From the sequence record DRR723986_5313: a stretch of DNA of 37,877 nt. One strand, written 5' to 3'. Below, piece after piece: positions 20,203 through 31,468 of the stretch. Positions within the stretch are counted from its first letter, which is position 1. Each line of letters begins with the position of its first letter. A model generated the notes under the pieces. That model was not told the origin of the DNA and ran no database searches. It worked only from the letters and a program-made list of their open reading frames with translations. The translations under genes were made by a program, and so were the position numbers.

Positions 20203-20271
20203 TCAGACTGAGTGAAACAGAGTAAACCTGATACGCACCGGCGATAGTGGTGCAGAGGAACGAAGAACAGT

Positions 20272-22893
20272 ATGAGCGACGAAAAAAAATTAACCTTGTC
20301 CGGACGCAAAACCCTTGGTGTTGGCAAAGGTGTAGAAACTGGCCAGGTTCGTCAGAACTTTAGCCATGGTCGCACAAAAGCGGTTGTTGTTGAGCGCAAG
20401 AAAAAGCGCATTTTGACTAAAGGCGGCGCCCCTGAGGTGACACCTGCGGAACCAAAGAAGCCAGCGGCACCAGCGCCGAAGGCCTATGTGCCGAAAAAAC
20501 CAGCCGGACATTCGGCGGGTTCGCTCACTGATGCCGAAATGGAAAACCGTCAGCGCGTTTTGGACGAAGCCAATAAGCGCGCAGAAGAGGAAGCAAAGCA
20601 ACGTGAAGCTTTGGAGGCTGTTCGGGCACAAGAAGAGGCAGAGCGCAAAAGTCGCGAAGCTGTTGAAGGCGCTGCGCGCGATGAGGAAGCTGAAGCACGT
20701 CAGCGCGCAGAAGAAGATGCCAAGAAAAAAGCCGAATTGTCGGCTAAAGAAAAAGCCGAGGCTGAGGCAGCACAGAAGGCCGCTGAAGATTTGGCTGCGC
20801 GTGAAAAGGCAGAGGCCGAAGCGCTCAAGAAAACCGAATTGGAAGCCCGCGCCGTTCAGCTACGTAAAGCGAGTGAAGCGCGCACAGCTGATAGTGGCAA
20901 TGAAGCCACCACACGATCTGGCAAGCCAAAGCGTAAAGACAATAAAAAAGGCGGCGCACAAGATCGTAACCAGCGTGGTCGCGGTCGCGGTGATGACAGA
21001 GGCCGCAGAGGCCGTTTGACCATTTCTACCGCAACGGCTGGTGACGAACGTCAGCGTTCTCTTGCCGCATACAAGCGTGCACAGGCGAAAAAACGCGCTG
21101 CAGAAATGGGCACACAGGCCCCGCAGGAACGTCAATCACGTGAGATTACGGTTCCGGAATCGATTACAGTGCAGGAACTGGCCCAACGTATGGCCGAAAA
21201 GGCGAACGCCGTTCTGAAAACGCTAATGAGTATGGATGTGATTGCCACAATCAACGACTCGTTGGATCAGGACACTGCCCAGTTGGTGGTGGAAGAATTT
21301 GGCCACAAAATTAAGCGGGTAAGCGAATCTGATGTTGAGATCGGCCTTGTCGGCGATGAAGATGACGATGTGGATATGGAGTCACGCGCTCCTATTGTGA
21401 CTGTGATGGGCCATGTTGACCACGGTAAAACCTCGCTTTTAGATGCCTTGAAGAAAACAGACGTTGTGTCCGGTGAGGCTGGTGGTATTACCCAGCATAT
21501 CGGTGCCTACCAGGTGCCAATTGACGGTGGTAAAATTACCTTCCTTGATACACCGGGCCACGCGGCATTCACGCAGATGCGTGCACGCGGTGCCAGCGTT
21601 ACGGATATTGTTATTCTGGTGGTTGCTGCCGATGACGGCGTGATGCCGCAAACTATTGAAGCGATTAATCACTCGAAGGCGGCGGGTGTACCAATGATTG
21701 TGGCCATTAACAAAATGGACCGCGAAGGGGCTGACCCAACTCGCGTGCGCAACGAATTGCTGCAGCATGAAGTGGTGGTTGAAACCTTCCAGGGGGAAAC
21801 CCAGGAAGTTGAAGTTTCTGCCATTACGGGCATGGGCCTTGATAAGTTGAAAGAAGCGATTGCGCTGCAGTCTGAAATTCTTGAATTGAAAGCCAACCCG
21901 AACCGCGCCGCAGAAGGCGTTGTTGTGGAAGCCAAGCTTGATAAAGGCCGAGGCCCTGTTGCCACGGTTTTGGTGCAGCGCGGTACACTGCGTGTAGGCG
22001 ACATTTTTGTTGCCGGTGCGGAATCCGGCCGGGTGCGGGCATTGGTTAATGACAAAGGCGCACAGGTTAAAGAAGCTACACCAAGCCAGCCTGTTGAGGT
22101 GCTTGGCCTGAACGGTGCACCGGCCGCAGGTGATAATTTTGCGGTTGTGGAAAATGAAGCGCGGGCGCGTGAAGTCGCCAGCTACCGTCAAGACCAGATG
22201 CGCAAGCGTCGTCAGGCGGCGTCTGCTACACCAAAAACTTTGGAAAGCATTTTCTCTAACCTTAAGGATGCCGAAGGCCAGCAAACCTTTGATGTGGTTA
22301 TCAAAGGCGATGTGATGGGCTCGGTTGAGGCGATTACGCAAGCGCTTGAGAAAGCCGGTAATGAAGACATTCAGTGCCGGGTTATCCACGGGGCTGTTGG
22401 TGGTATTACCGAAGCGGACATTACGCTTGCTGAAGCCTCAAACGCTTTGGTTATTGGCTTTAACGTACGCCCAAACAAACAGGCGCGCGATGCGGCAGAA
22501 GCTGAAGGCGTAACGATCAAATATTATGCCATTATTTACGATTTGATCGATGAAGTGAAAGCCGCCATGGTTGGTCAACTTGGCCCTGAGTTTAAAGAAA
22601 ACATCATTGGTCGCGCTGACATAAAAGACGCGTTCCAGGCCGGCAAGGCCGGTAAGGCTGCTGGTTGTATGGTGACGGACGGTGCTATTCGTAATGACCT
22701 GAAAGCCCGTATTTTGCGCGATGATGTGATTATCTATACTGGCCAGATTGATAATCTGCGCCGCTTTAAAGATGATGTGAAAGAAGTTAAGTCTGGCCAG
22801 GAATGTGGTTTGACGTTTGAAAACTATCATGACTTTAAGGCCGGCGATGTGCTTGAAGTGTACGAGCTGGAAGAAATTGAGCGCGTTCTCTAA
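20272..22893 (+). CDS. infB: Translation initiation factor IF-2
   Basis: [17 protein letters not shown] and the C-terminal domains. Confidence 0.98.
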   Translation: MSDEKKLTLSGRKTLGVGKGVETGQVRQNFSHGRTKAVVVERKKKRILTKGGAPEVTPAEPKKPAAPAPKAYVPKKPAGHSAGSLTDAEMENRQRVLDEANKRAEEEAKQREALEAVRAQEEAERKSREAVEGAARDEEAEARQRAEEDAKKKAELSAKEKAEAEAAQKAAEDLAAREKAEAEALKKTELEARAVQLRKASEARTADSGNEATTRSGKPKRKDNKKGGAQDRNQRGRGRGDDRGRRGRLTISTATAGDERQRSLAAYKRAQAKKRAAEMGTQAPQERQSREITVPESITVQELAQRMAEKANAVLKTLMSMDVIATINDSLDQDTAQLVVEEFGHKIKRVSESDVEIGLVGDEDDDVDMESRAPIVTVMGHVDHGKTSLLDALKKTDVVSGEAGGITQHIGAYQVPIDGGKITFLDTPGHAAFTQMRARGASVTDIVILVVAADDGVMPQTIEAINHSKAAGVPMIVAINKMDREGADPTRVRNELLQHEVVVETFQGETQEVEVSAITGMGLDKLKEAIALQSEILELKANPNRAAEGVVVEAKLDKGRGPVATVLVQRGTLRVGDIFVAGAESGRVRALVNDKGAQVKEATPSQPVEVLGLNGAPAAGDNFAVVENEARAREVASYRQDQMRKRRQAASATPKTLESIFSNLKDAEGQQTFDVVIKGDVMGSVEAITQALEKAGNEDIQCRVIHGAVGGITEADITLAEASNALVIGFNVRPNKQARDAAEAEGVTIKYYAIIYDLIDEVKAAMVGQLGPEFKENIIGRADIKDAFQAGKAGKAAGCMVTDGAIRNDLKARILRDDVIIYTGQIDNLRRFKDDVKEVKSGQECGLTFENYHDFKAGDVLEVYELEEIERVL

Positions 22894-22926
22894 AGGAACG
22901 CGTTTCGCTTCATTGAAAGCAATTTA

Positions 22927-23340
22927 ATGTCTCGATCTCAGCATACCAGACCCCAATCGGGCGGCGCGGGCGGACCAAGTTTGCGTTTGTTGCGGGTGGG
23001 CGAGAATGTGCGTCATGCTATTGCCGCCATTTTGACACGCGGTGATGTGCAGGACCCTGACCTCGACGGCAAGTCGGTCACAGTTTCTGAAGTGCGTGTT
23101 AGCCCAGACCTTAGGAACGCAACGGTGTTTGTGATGCCTCTGGGCGGTGACCCCAAGGGCGTGATTACCAAAGCGCTCAATAAAAACAGTGCTTTTATTC
23201 GCGGTGCCATGAGCAAAGTGGTGCACATGAAATATATGCCGCGCCTGGCGTTCAAAATTGACGAAAGTTTTGATGAAGCCAGCCATATTGATAGCCTGCT
23301 GCGTGATCCCAAAGTTAAGCGCGACGTTGAAAACTCCTGA
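22927..23340 (+). CDS. rbfA: Ribosome-binding factor A
   Basis: RLLRVGE, VTVSEVRVSPDL and PRLAF. Confidence 0.96.
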   Translation: MSRSQHTRPQSGGAGGPSLRLLRVGENVRHAIAAILTRGDVQDPDLDGKSVTVSEVRVSPDLRNATVFVMPLGGDPKGVITKALNKNSAFIRGAMSKVVHMKYMPRLAFKIDESFDEASHIDSLLRDPKVKRDVENS

Positions 23341-23363
23341 ACAAGTTCGGTGGGAATATTTAG

Positions 23364-24263
23364 GTGGCGAGACGCAAAAAAGGCGACAAAGTTGACGGGT
23401 GGCTGGTCGTTGACAAACCAACAAATTTTTCCAGCGCTAAAATTGTTGCCATCGTAAAGCGTATTTTCAATGCACAGAAGGTTGGCCACGGCGGCACACT
23501 AGACCCGCTTGCCACTGGCATTTTACCCATTGGGTTTGGTGAAGCCACCAAAACCATGCCCTATATTGTGGACGCCAGCAAAGAGTATGAATTCACAGTA
23601 AAGTGGGGTGAGGCAACCGATTCGGATGACTGCGAGGGTGAAATTATTCACCAGAACGGAAAAACTCCAACGGAAGATGAGATTTTAGCCGTTCTTAGTG
23701 ACTTTAATGGCTCTATAGAACAGGTTCCCCCAGCCTATAGCGCCATTAAAGTGGACGGTAAGCGCGCTTATGCATTGGCCAGGGCGGGCGAAAATATTCA
23801 GCTAAAGTCAAGAATTGTTGAAATTCAATCACTTAGCTTGCGGTCTTGTGATTTGGAGGCCGGTGTTTCCCATTTTCATGTTGTATGCGGAAAAGGCACA
23901 TATGTGCGTTCACTGGGGCGGGATATTGCGCTGAAACTGGGCACTTTTGGCCACATTACCGCCCTCAGGCGCACGCGGGTGGGTCCTTTTGGCTTGGAGG
24001 GCGCGATTTCGCTGGAATTGCTGGAGGACTTGAGCCATAGTGCGCGCGCTGCGGGCCTATTACAGCCTGTAACGACCGCGCTAGACGACATCCCGGCGCT
24101 GGCCGTTACGGCTCCGGAAGCCGCCGATATCCAAATGGGTCGGCCAATCCTAAATCCTAAAGCTAAGCAGGGTATCTGCGTTTTGATGAACGGCATACAG
24201 CCGGTCGCCATTGCAGAAGCCACGGACGAAAACATTCGTCCACTGCGGGTCTTCAATATGTAA
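23364..24263 (+). CDS. truB: tRNA pseudouridine(55) synthase
   Basis: [22 protein letters not shown] and KGTYVRSL. Confidence 0.97.
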   Translation: MARRKKGDKVDGWLVVDKPTNFSSAKIVAIVKRIFNAQKVGHGGTLDPLATGILPIGFGEATKTMPYIVDASKEYEFTVKWGEATDSDDCEGEIIHQNGKTPTEDEILAVLSDFNGSIEQVPPAYSAIKVDGKRAYALARAGENIQLKSRIVEIQSLSLRSCDLEAGVSHFHVVCGKGTYVRSLGRDIALKLGTFGHITALRRTRVGPFGLEGAISLELLEDLSHSARAAGLLQPVTTALDDIPALAVTAPEAADIQMGRPILNPKAKQGICVLMNGIQPVAIAEATDENIRPLRVFNM

Positions 24264-24282
24264 ATTTTTAAGGAGAAGATCG

Positions 24283-24552
24283 ATGTCGATTACTGCTGAA
24301 AAGAAACAAGAACTGATTAAAGAATACGCGACCAAAGAAGGCGACACCGGTTCACCGGAAGTACAAGCTGCCATTCTGACCTCGCGCATCGTGACGCTGA
24401 CTGAACATTTCAAAGACCATAAGAAAGATAACCACTCTCGTCGTGGTCTTATCAAGATGGTAAACCAGCGCCGCAAGCTTCTGGATTATTTGAAGGGCAA
24501 AGACGCTGAGCGTTATAAAACGCTTATCGGACGACTTGGCCTGCGGAAGTAA
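24283..24552 (+). CDS. rpsO: 30S ribosomal protein S15
   Basis: 89 aa with DTGSPEVQ and [14 protein letters not shown] 24283 follows AAGGAG. Confidence 0.98.
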   Translation: MSITAEKKQELIKEYATKEGDTGSPEVQAAILTSRIVTLTEHFKDHKKDNHSRRGLIKMVNQRRKLLDYLKGKDAERYKTLIGRLGLRK

Positions 24553-24564
24553 GCTGATCAAAGT

Positions 24565-24598
24565 GGCCGGTCCTGTTGGGCCGGCCTTCTTGCTTTTC
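24565..24598 (+). terminator. Rho-independent terminator after rpsO
   Basis: GGCCGGTCC-TGTT-GGGCCGGCC stem followed by TTCTTGCTTTT. Confidence 0.75.
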
Positions 24599-24787
24599 GG
24601 GGTGCAAATTTAATGGCTATGGCCATTCAATCCTGAAAATCAGCAATTAATTTCAAATCCGACATGGGGTCGGGTTCGAAACCAAACGATAAGGCATACC
24701 CATAGGGGGTGTGCAGAGCCAGCCCGGCTTTTGAAATATGCGTAAATGATATGCGTACCGGGGGCTCGTGAAAGGTAAGAAAAATAA

Positions 24788-26950
24788 ATGTTCGATATAC
24801 ATCGTAAAGAAATTGAATGGGGTGGTCGCACCCTTGTACTGGAAACTGGTCATGTGGCGCGCCAAGCGGGCGGCGCTGTTATGGCAACTTACGGCGACAC
24901 AACAGTTTTGTGTACTGTTGTTGGTAAACCATCGGTAAAGCCGGGGCAGGACTTCTTCCCGCTGACGGTTAACTACCAAGAGAAATATTATTCGGCTGGT
25001 AAGATTCCTGGCGGCTTCTTTAAACGTGAAGCGCGCCCAAGCGAAAAAGAAACGCTGATCTGCCGCTTGATTGACCGCCCTGTTCGTCCTCTTTTCCCTA
25101 AAGGCTTCAAAAACGAAGTACAGATTATCTGTACCGTTGTTAGTTATGACATGGAAAATGACAGTGATATCATTGCCATGATCGGGGCCTCTGCGGCCTT
25201 GACTTTGTCTGGCCTGCCATTCTTTGGCCCGATTGCCGGTGCCAAGGTTGGATACAAAGACGGCGAATATATCCTCAACCCTACACTTGAAGAAGTGAAA
25301 GAAAGCGACCTTGAGCTGGTTGTTGCCGGTACAGGCGACGCTGTATTGATGGTTGAATCAGAAGCAAAAGAACTGTCGGAAGACGTAATGCTCGGCGCTG
25401 TTAGCTTCGGTCATGAAGCGTGCCAGCCAGTGATCGATATGATCATTGATCTTGCGGAAGCTGCGGCGAAAGAGCCATGGGAGCTTGAAGAGCCGGTTGA
25501 CACATCTGCCCTTGAAGCGGCGATTGCTGAAGCTGGCGAAGCGGGGCTGCGTGCTGCGTATGAAATTACCGCAAAGCAAGAGCGTGTTGCCAAAATCAAT
25601 GACGTTAAAGCTGTAATTTCAGAAGCTGTTGCTGGATTGGTTGAAGAGAATGACGACTTCACGCCGCAAATGGTTGGTGACCTGACCAAAAAGCTTGAGA
25701 GCAACATTGTTCGCGGCAACGTTCTAAAAACCGGAAAGCGTATCGATGGTCGTGCCCTTGATGACGTGCGTGAAGTACGTTCGGAAGCAGGTATTTTGCC
25801 GCGCACCCATGGTTCTGCCCTGTTCACCCGCGGTGAAACACAGGGTTTGGTTGTGGCAACACTTGGTACCGGCGAAGACGAGCAGATCATTGATCAGCTT
25901 GCTGGTTCTTACCGTTCAAAATTCATGCTGCATTATAACTTCCCGCCATACTCTGTAGGCGAAGCGGGCCGAATGGGTTTCACCAGCCGCCGCGAGGTTG
26001 GTCACGGTAAATTGGCATGGCGTGCCGTAAACGCTGTATTGCCTGATGCGGAAGAGTTCCCGTACACCATTCGGATCGTATCCGAGATCACTGAATCGAA
26101 CGGCTCGTCTTCAATGGCATCTGTTTGTGGTGCGTCTCTTGCGATGATGGATGCGGGTGTTCCTATCACGCGTCCGGTTTCCGGTATTGCTATGGGCCTG
26201 ATTAAGGACGGTGATGACTTCGCGGTTCTCTCAGATATCCTGGGCGACGAAGATCATCTGGGTGACATGGACTTTAAAGTGGCAGGCACATCAGAAGGCA
26301 TCACAGCTCTTCAGATGGACATCAAGATCACGGGCATTACCAAAGAGATCATGGAAACTGCACTTGAGCAGGCTGGCCGTGGCCGTGCCTACATTCTGGA
26401 CGAAATGAGCAAAGGCCTTTCAGGCGCACGCACAGAGCTTTCTGAGCATGCACCGCGCATTGAAACCATGAAAATTCCGTCTGATAAAATTCGTGAAGTG
26501 ATTGGTACTGGTGGTAAAGTGATCCGTGAGATCGTTGAGCAGACCGGCGCCAAGATCAACATTGATGATGATGGTACAATCAAAATTGCATCTTCTGTTG
26601 CAAGCGAGATTGAAGCAGCCAAGGCTTGGATTACCGGTATTGTGGCAGAGCCTGAAGTCGGCACAATCTACAAAGGTAAGGTTGTCCGCATTATGGACTT
26701 CGGCGCGTTTGTAAACTTCATGGGCAGCCGAGACGGCCTTGTGCATATTTCCGAGCTTGTTGAAGAGCGCGTTGAAAAAGTAACCGACGTGGTTAACGAA
26801 GGCGATGAAGTGTTCGTTAAATGCCTTGAAATTGACGGTCGTGGTAAAGTGCGTTTGTCAATGCGGGTTGTTGACCAGGAAACCGGCGAAGACGATCCAA
26901 ATGCTGCACCGCCTAAAGCGGGACCAAGCAAAGGTCGTCGTCGCGATTAA
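24788..26950 (+). CDS. pnp: Polyribonucleotide nucleotidyltransferase (PNPase)
   Basis: FFPLTVNY, two RNase PH domains, [18 protein letters not shown] and S1. Confidence 0.98.
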   Translation: MFDIHRKEIEWGGRTLVLETGHVARQAGGAVMATYGDTTVLCTVVGKPSVKPGQDFFPLTVNYQEKYYSAGKIPGGFFKREARPSEKETLICRLIDRPVRPLFPKGFKNEVQIICTVVSYDMENDSDIIAMIGASAALTLSGLPFFGPIAGAKVGYKDGEYILNPTLEEVKESDLELVVAGTGDAVLMVESEAKELSEDVMLGAVSFGHEACQPVIDMIIDLAEAAAKEPWELEEPVDTSALEAAIAEAGEAGLRAAYEITAKQERVAKINDVKAVISEAVAGLVEENDDFTPQMVGDLTKKLESNIVRGNVLKTGKRIDGRALDDVREVRSEAGILPRTHGSALFTRGETQGLVVATLGTGEDEQIIDQLAGSYRSKFMLHYNFPPYSVGEAGRMGFTSRREVGHGKLAWRAVNAVLPDAEEFPYTIRIVSEITESNGSSSMASVCGASLAMMDAGVPITRPVSGIAMGLIKDGDDFAVLSDILGDEDHLGDMDFKVAGTSEGITALQMDIKITGITKEIMETALEQAGRGRAYILDEMSKGLSGARTELSEHAPRIETMKIPSDKIREVIGTGGKVIREIVEQTGAKINIDDDGTIKIASSVASEIEAAKAWITGIVAEPEVGTIYKGKVVRIMDFGAFVNFMGSRDGLVHISELVEERVEKVTDVVNEGDEVFVKCLEIDGRGKVRLSMRVVDQETGEDDPNAAPPKAGPSKGRRRD

Positions 26951-26989
26951 ATCGCGTACATGCGATAAGGCTTTAACAGTCATAAAACA

Positions 26990-27022
26990 GAAACTGGCGC
27001 GGGGTATGCTCTCGCCAGTTTC
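26990..27022 (+). terminator. Stem-loop after pnp (probable terminator)
   Basis: GAAACTGGCG...CGCCAGTTTC perfect 10-bp inverted repeat; the U-tail is short. Confidence 0.55.
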
Positions 27023-27163
27023 AGGTTGAAAAATCTATACTTAGGATATTTGACTAGGAAATACCGGGGCGCTTAATATAATGCTCCGATATGAAGCCAA
27101 ACATAATAAGGTTTGGTATAAGGTAAGGGACTGCCTGTTCATTAAATACTTTGGGGATTGTTA

Positions 27164-28558
27164 ATGAGTTTGAACCTGAATTCGATCAAAATAGCCGGCA
27201 AAGACGTTTTGCCATTGATTGAAGGCGGCAAGGGTGTGGCCATTTCCGCTGGCGCTAGTTCTGGCCCTTGGGCCGAAGCGGGTGGTATCGGCACTATTTC
27301 AGCGGTTATTGCTGATCAGTATGATCAGCATGGCAATGTAGAAGTTCACGATTATAAGGGTAAAACCCGCCGTGATCGGCACGATGAAATGGTGGAATAT
27401 TCCATTCGCGGCACGATCGATCAGGTTCGCAAAGCCTGGGAATTGTCGCGCGGCGAAGGCCTTATCAACATAAATATGCTCTGGGAACTTGGCGGCGCTC
27501 AGCGGATTTTGCACGGTGTGCTTGAGCGCACGAAAGGCATGGTTAGCGGCGTTACCTGCGGCGCGGGCATGCCGTTCAAGTTGGGCGAACTTGCCGGAAA
27601 ATATAACACGCATTATTACCCCATTGTTTCCAGTGGTCGCGCCTTTGGCCTGCTGTGGAAGCGGGCTTATAAGAATGTCGCCGATTTGCTCGGCGGTGTC
27701 GTGTATGAAGACCCGTGGCTTGCAGGGGGGCATAATGGCCTTTCGAACGCTGAAGACCCTAACAAACCCGGCGATCCCTATCCGCGCGTTCTGGAGCTAC
27801 GCAACATCATGCGCAAGCTGGGCCTCGGTGAAACACCTATTATCATGGCAGGTGGTGTTTGGAACTTGAAAGAATGGAAAGACTGGATCGACAACAAAGA
27901 GTTGGGTCCGATCATGTTTCAGTTTGGCACTCGGCCATTGCTAACCAAAGAAAGCCCTATTTCCGACAAATGGAAAAAGCGTTTGATGGAGCTGAAAGCA
28001 GGCGATATTTTGTTGCAGAACTTTAGCCCAACCGGCTTTTTCTCCAGCGCGTTGAAAAATAGTTTTATCGGCGAACTTGTTGGTCGTAATGACAGGCAAG
28101 TAGACTTTGCGCCCAAACCATCGGAAGAATTCAACACTGAAATGGTTATTGACCGCAAAAAATATTTTGTACGCGGTGCTGATGTCGAAAAAATTCAAGG
28201 GTGGCAATCTGCTGGTTACCAGAAGGCGATGAAAACACCGGGCGATAGCCTGATTTTTGTCACCAGTGAGAAATGTGCGGAAATTCGTAAAGACCAAGCC
28301 GATTGTGTCGGGTGTCTCAGTCAATGCCGTTTCTCAAGCTGGGCTGATAATGAGAAAAACTCAACCGGACGCCTTGCTGATCCGCGCAGTTTTTGTATTC
28401 AGAAAACCCTAGAAGATGTAGCCCATGAAGGCAGCGTCGAAACCAATTTGGTTTTCGCTGGCCACAATGCTTTTCGTTTTGGCAATGACCCGTTTTATTC
28501 AAACGGTTTTGTGCCGACCGTTAAGCAATTGGTTGACCGAATCATAACGGGCGACTAA
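27164..28558 (+). CDS. Nitronate-monooxygenase-family (YrpB/FabK/FabX-like) FMN flavoprotein with a C-terminal Cys cluster
   Basis: PLIEGGKGV, TCGAG, LAGGHNG, IMAGGV, QFGTR and CVGCLSQC...FC. Confidence 0.85.
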   Translation: MSLNLNSIKIAGKDVLPLIEGGKGVAISAGASSGPWAEAGGIGTISAVIADQYDQHGNVEVHDYKGKTRRDRHDEMVEYSIRGTIDQVRKAWELSRGEGLININMLWELGGAQRILHGVLERTKGMVSGVTCGAGMPFKLGELAGKYNTHYYPIVSSGRAFGLLWKRAYKNVADLLGGVVYEDPWLAGGHNGLSNAEDPNKPGDPYPRVLELRNIMRKLGLGETPIIMAGGVWNLKEWKDWIDNKELGPIMFQFGTRPLLTKESPISDKWKKRLMELKAGDILLQNFSPTGFFSSALKNSFIGELVGRNDRQVDFAPKPSEEFNTEMVIDRKKYFVRGADVEKIQGWQSAGYQKAMKTPGDSLIFVTSEKCAEIRKDQADCVGCLSQCRFSSWADNEKNSTGRLADPRSFCIQKTLEDVAHEGSVETNLVFAGHNAFRFGNDPFYSNGFVPTVKQLVDRIITGD

Positions 28559-28583
28559 CCGCGCCGGTAATTTCTATCGACAG

Positions 28584-28610
28584 AAAAGCCTGGTTTTGCC
28601 GGGCTTTTTT
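28584..28610 (+). terminator. Rho-independent (potentially bidirectional) terminator
   Basis: AAAAGCCTGG-TTTTG-CCGGGCTTTTTT. Confidence 0.8.
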
Positions 28611-28745
28611 AATGGGCGGAAAATGCGCACCATTATAGGTGGTGACCGGGCACAATTTTGCTCTCAATAGATGTAAAGAAGTGCCTGTAGTCGCTGGTTT
28701 GCTTGGCATAAATGCAAACAAGATTTATTGTGTGCACGGCTAGTT

Positions 28746-30113
28746 ATGGGGGTGACTACTGGGAGTATTACAATTCAACCGCATCTGACAGAGTTTGAGA
28801 GAAGCATCGGTATATCTCGGCGTGTACTGTTATGGGCAGTCGGCCTCGCCTGCCTGGCTGCGCTTGTCTTTACGGTTGCGGGTTACAGGTTCGATTTTAT
28901 TTCTCCCTTTGAACGTGTGATTGGTCCCGTGTTTACCTTAAGCACTTTCATTTTTGCTATCGCCTTTTGGCTTTGTAACGGCGTTTATCTGGGTAAGTTG
29001 GCGACCGCATTTAAAATTTTCTGCGGAGCCATATCTATAGTTGGATTGATAGAGGGTTCGCTCACCACAGAAAGCAATGTGGAATATTATCTATTGTGGA
29101 TTCCGGTTTATTATACCGCCCTTATTTTTGGCCCTGTAAACGCACGCCAACGGCAGTGGGGTTGGGTATATTTCATTGCCAGTAGCACCTGTGTATTAGT
29201 AGCGCTAGTGCTTGGCCCGCTCGCCTTGTTCGATCCCCATAGCATTTTTATGATGACCACAATTTTGGGGCAATTAGGGTTATTGCTGGTGTTCACCGAG
29301 CTTGCCAAATCCGTGCGCTTTGGTGCCGTGGCGGAAAGGCGGTTACTAGCGGTGGAAGATAATGCGCGCACTTTGCAATTTGCCGCCCGGGATGCAGAGC
29401 AGGCCAATAGGGCAAAGTCTGCTTTTATCGCGAATATGAGCCATGAATTTAGAACACCCCTTAATGCTATCATTGGCTTTTCGCAGGTGCTGCAGGGCGC
29501 TGCGGGCAAAGGACTGATGGAAGGTAAAACTGAAGAATATGCGCAGGATATTGAGAAAAGCGCTGATCACTTGCTTGCCTTGATCAACGATATTCTTGAT
29601 TTGTCAAAGATAGAGTCCGGTAAGGTTGAGTTGGCGCAGGACCGAATTGCAGTTCATGAAGCTTTTGAAACCGTCAAACAAATGGTGGCGGTGCTGGTCA
29701 AAGAAAAGAATGTAAAACTGGTGACACAAGTTGTAGGTGATGTGCCTGCTTTATTGGCCGATGAGCGCAGTTTCCATCAAATTTTGATTAATTTATTGTC
29801 CAATGCCATCAAATTCACGCCGCATGGCGGTGTGATTGTATTGTTGGCAACACCGGCGACAGATGGCGGCGTTGAAATATCGCTCAATGATACTGGGTCC
29901 GGAATGGGCCCTCGTACATTAAGCCGTGTCATGAAGCCTTTTGAGCAAGGGGAAACGGCTTACAGTCGCCAAAGTGGGGGAACGGGCCTTGGATTGCCTC
30001 TCGTGAAGTCTTTGTTGCGCCTTCACGAGGCTGAATTTCAAATTCAAAGCCAGTCTGGCTCAGGCACAGATATCTTAATTTCCTTCCCTGCAAGCAGAAC
30101 CGCAATCAATTAG
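28746..30113 (+). CDS. Membrane-bound sensor histidine kinase (multi-TM + HisKA + HATPase_c)
   Basis: About 6 hydrophobic segments, H-box SHEFRTPLN, N-box NLLSNAIKF, and G boxes DTGSG and GTGLGL. Start is 28728 or 28746. Confidence 0.9.
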   Translation: MGVTTGSITIQPHLTEFERSIGISRRVLLWAVGLACLAALVFTVAGYRFDFISPFERVIGPVFTLSTFIFAIAFWLCNGVYLGKLATAFKIFCGAISIVGLIEGSLTTESNVEYYLLWIPVYYTALIFGPVNARQRQWGWVYFIASSTCVLVALVLGPLALFDPHSIFMMTTILGQLGLLLVFTELAKSVRFGAVAERRLLAVEDNARTLQFAARDAEQANRAKSAFIANMSHEFRTPLNAIIGFSQVLQGAAGKGLMEGKTEEYAQDIEKSADHLLALINDILDLSKIESGKVELAQDRIAVHEAFETVKQMVAVLVKEKNVKLVTQVVGDVPALLADERSFHQILINLLSNAIKFTPHGGVIVLLATPATDGGVEISLNDTGSGMGPRTLSRVMKPFEQGETAYSRQSGGTGLGLPLVKSLLRLHEAEFQIQSQSGSGTDILISFPASRTAIN

Positions 30114-30242
30114 AAATGTCGTTGCTGGCCTGAAGCTATTCTCAAGTATATGATAACCTTGATATGCTTTTTTCATTCATGTGGTTGCATGAAGAAAAGG
30201 CAATAGGTGCACCGCGAGCGATTGAGCGGAAAGGGTCTTAGC

Positions 30243-30956
30243 GTGCAAATTAAGAAAATATGGTGGCACCTGCGGGGCAAAGCCAACAGGGGCAAGTTAC
30301 GTGGTGGGTTTGCCCTGAAAAGGTTTTTGCACACAGCAAACGCGCTTCAAGCAACCGGGAAATGCTTGGATGTTGGCTGCGGCAAGGGTGACCATTTGCG
30401 GCTGATTATAGGGAGCGGTCTTTTTAACGAAGTTCATGCTTTAAATTTGGCGAGCACCGGCCCAAATGTGGGTGAAAGCCAATATTTTAACATGCCTGTT
30501 GAAGCGTTGCCTGTACCGGAAAAGAACGAGGAAAAATATGATGCCATTTGGTGTTGTCATGTGCTTGAACATACAACCACACCGGGGCCATTTCTGAAGT
30601 CACTCTACGGTCACCTTAAAGAAGGTGGGGTGCTGTGTGTCATCGTGCCGCCGCTTAAAAACGAGATTACCCATGGTCATGTCACGCTTTGGAATCCTGG
30701 CGTGTTGCTTTTGAATTTGTTGAAGGCTGGTTTTGACTGCACGGAAATTTCTATGCGAAAGCAGGGCTATAATATTGCCGCGATTTTGCAAAAGAAATCG
30801 CTTCCGGCGGGTATTAATGGTGCTGATCTCAGGTTCAATGGAAGCCACAAACACCATGCCCAAGACTTTTTGCCGGACACACTCAAATGGGTACAAAACC
30901 CCAAAAGTGGCAAACGATATTATGAAGGCAACTTCAAGCAGTTGAACTGGCGGTGA
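30243..30956 (+). CDS. Class I SAM-dependent methyltransferase
   Basis: CLDVGCGKG motif I, YDAIWCCHVLEH and LKEGGVL. Start is uncertain (GTG 30207 or 30243). Confidence 0.82.
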   Translation: MQIKKIWWHLRGKANRGKLRGGFALKRFLHTANALQATGKCLDVGCGKGDHLRLIIGSGLFNEVHALNLASTGPNVGESQYFNMPVEALPVPEKNEEKYDAIWCCHVLEHTTTPGPFLKSLYGHLKEGGVLCVIVPPLKNEITHGHVTLWNPGVLLLNLLKAGFDCTEISMRKQGYNIAAILQKKSLPAGINGADLRFNGSHKHHAQDFLPDTLKWVQNPKSGKRYYEGNFKQLNWR

Positions 30957-30976
30957 TGCTCGGTCCAATGTCTGGT

Positions 30977-31468
30977 TCAATGTCGTCCATTCGTTTGTTT
31001 CACGTGTAATTCCATATAGATGTCGCAGCCTTCATAATGGCTCTTACCCGGGTTTTTGAGTGCTTTGAAATTGAGGGTTTCATAAAGGCGGAGCGCCGCT
31101 TGCAGTTTTTTATGTGTTTCCAGATAGAGGGTTGTGCCATTTTTTGAGTGGAAAAAATCGATCACCCTTTCACATAAAAGACGCCCAATTCCCATGCCCT
31201 GAGCTGCAGAGCTTACAGCCAGTTTTGTCAGTTCATAAATACCGTTCCCTGCGTTTCGAATAGCTATGGTGCCGATAACAGCATCCCCTTGCACAGCAAA
31301 AAACACATTGCCGCCACCGTCCACAAGCGCGGCTTCAGGGTTTTCAAGCATGTGCTTGTGGGCGGGCTCAACGGTGAAATATTTCTCCAACCACCGCACA
31401 TTCAAGTCATGGAATGCCTGTTTGTATGCTGGGTTATAGCCAATGATGGTAAAGGGCAGACGCGTCAT
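30977..31468 (-). CDS. GNAT-family N-acetyltransferase
   Basis: ELTKLAVSSAAQGMGIG, LYLET and LYETLNF. ATG 31468 overlaps the upstream stop codon (ATGA). Confidence 0.88.
   Translation of the reverse strand: MTRLPFTIIGYNPAYKQAFHDLNVRWLEKYFTVEPAHKHMLENPEAALVDGGGNVFFAVQGDAVIGTIAIRNAGNGIYELTKLAVSSAAQGMGIGRLLCERVIDFFHSKNGTTLYLETHKKLQAALRLYETLNFKALKNPGKSHYEGCDIYMELHVKQTNGRH

Noticed and set aside
19116-20327. 403-aa minus-strand ORF
   Set aside because: It is an antisense shadow of nusA/ylxR/infB, Ser-rich and without motifs.
21439-22389. 316-aa minus-strand ORF, and similar antisense ORFs across miaB, nusA and pnp
   Set aside because: These are shadows of highly conserved genes with biased codon usage.
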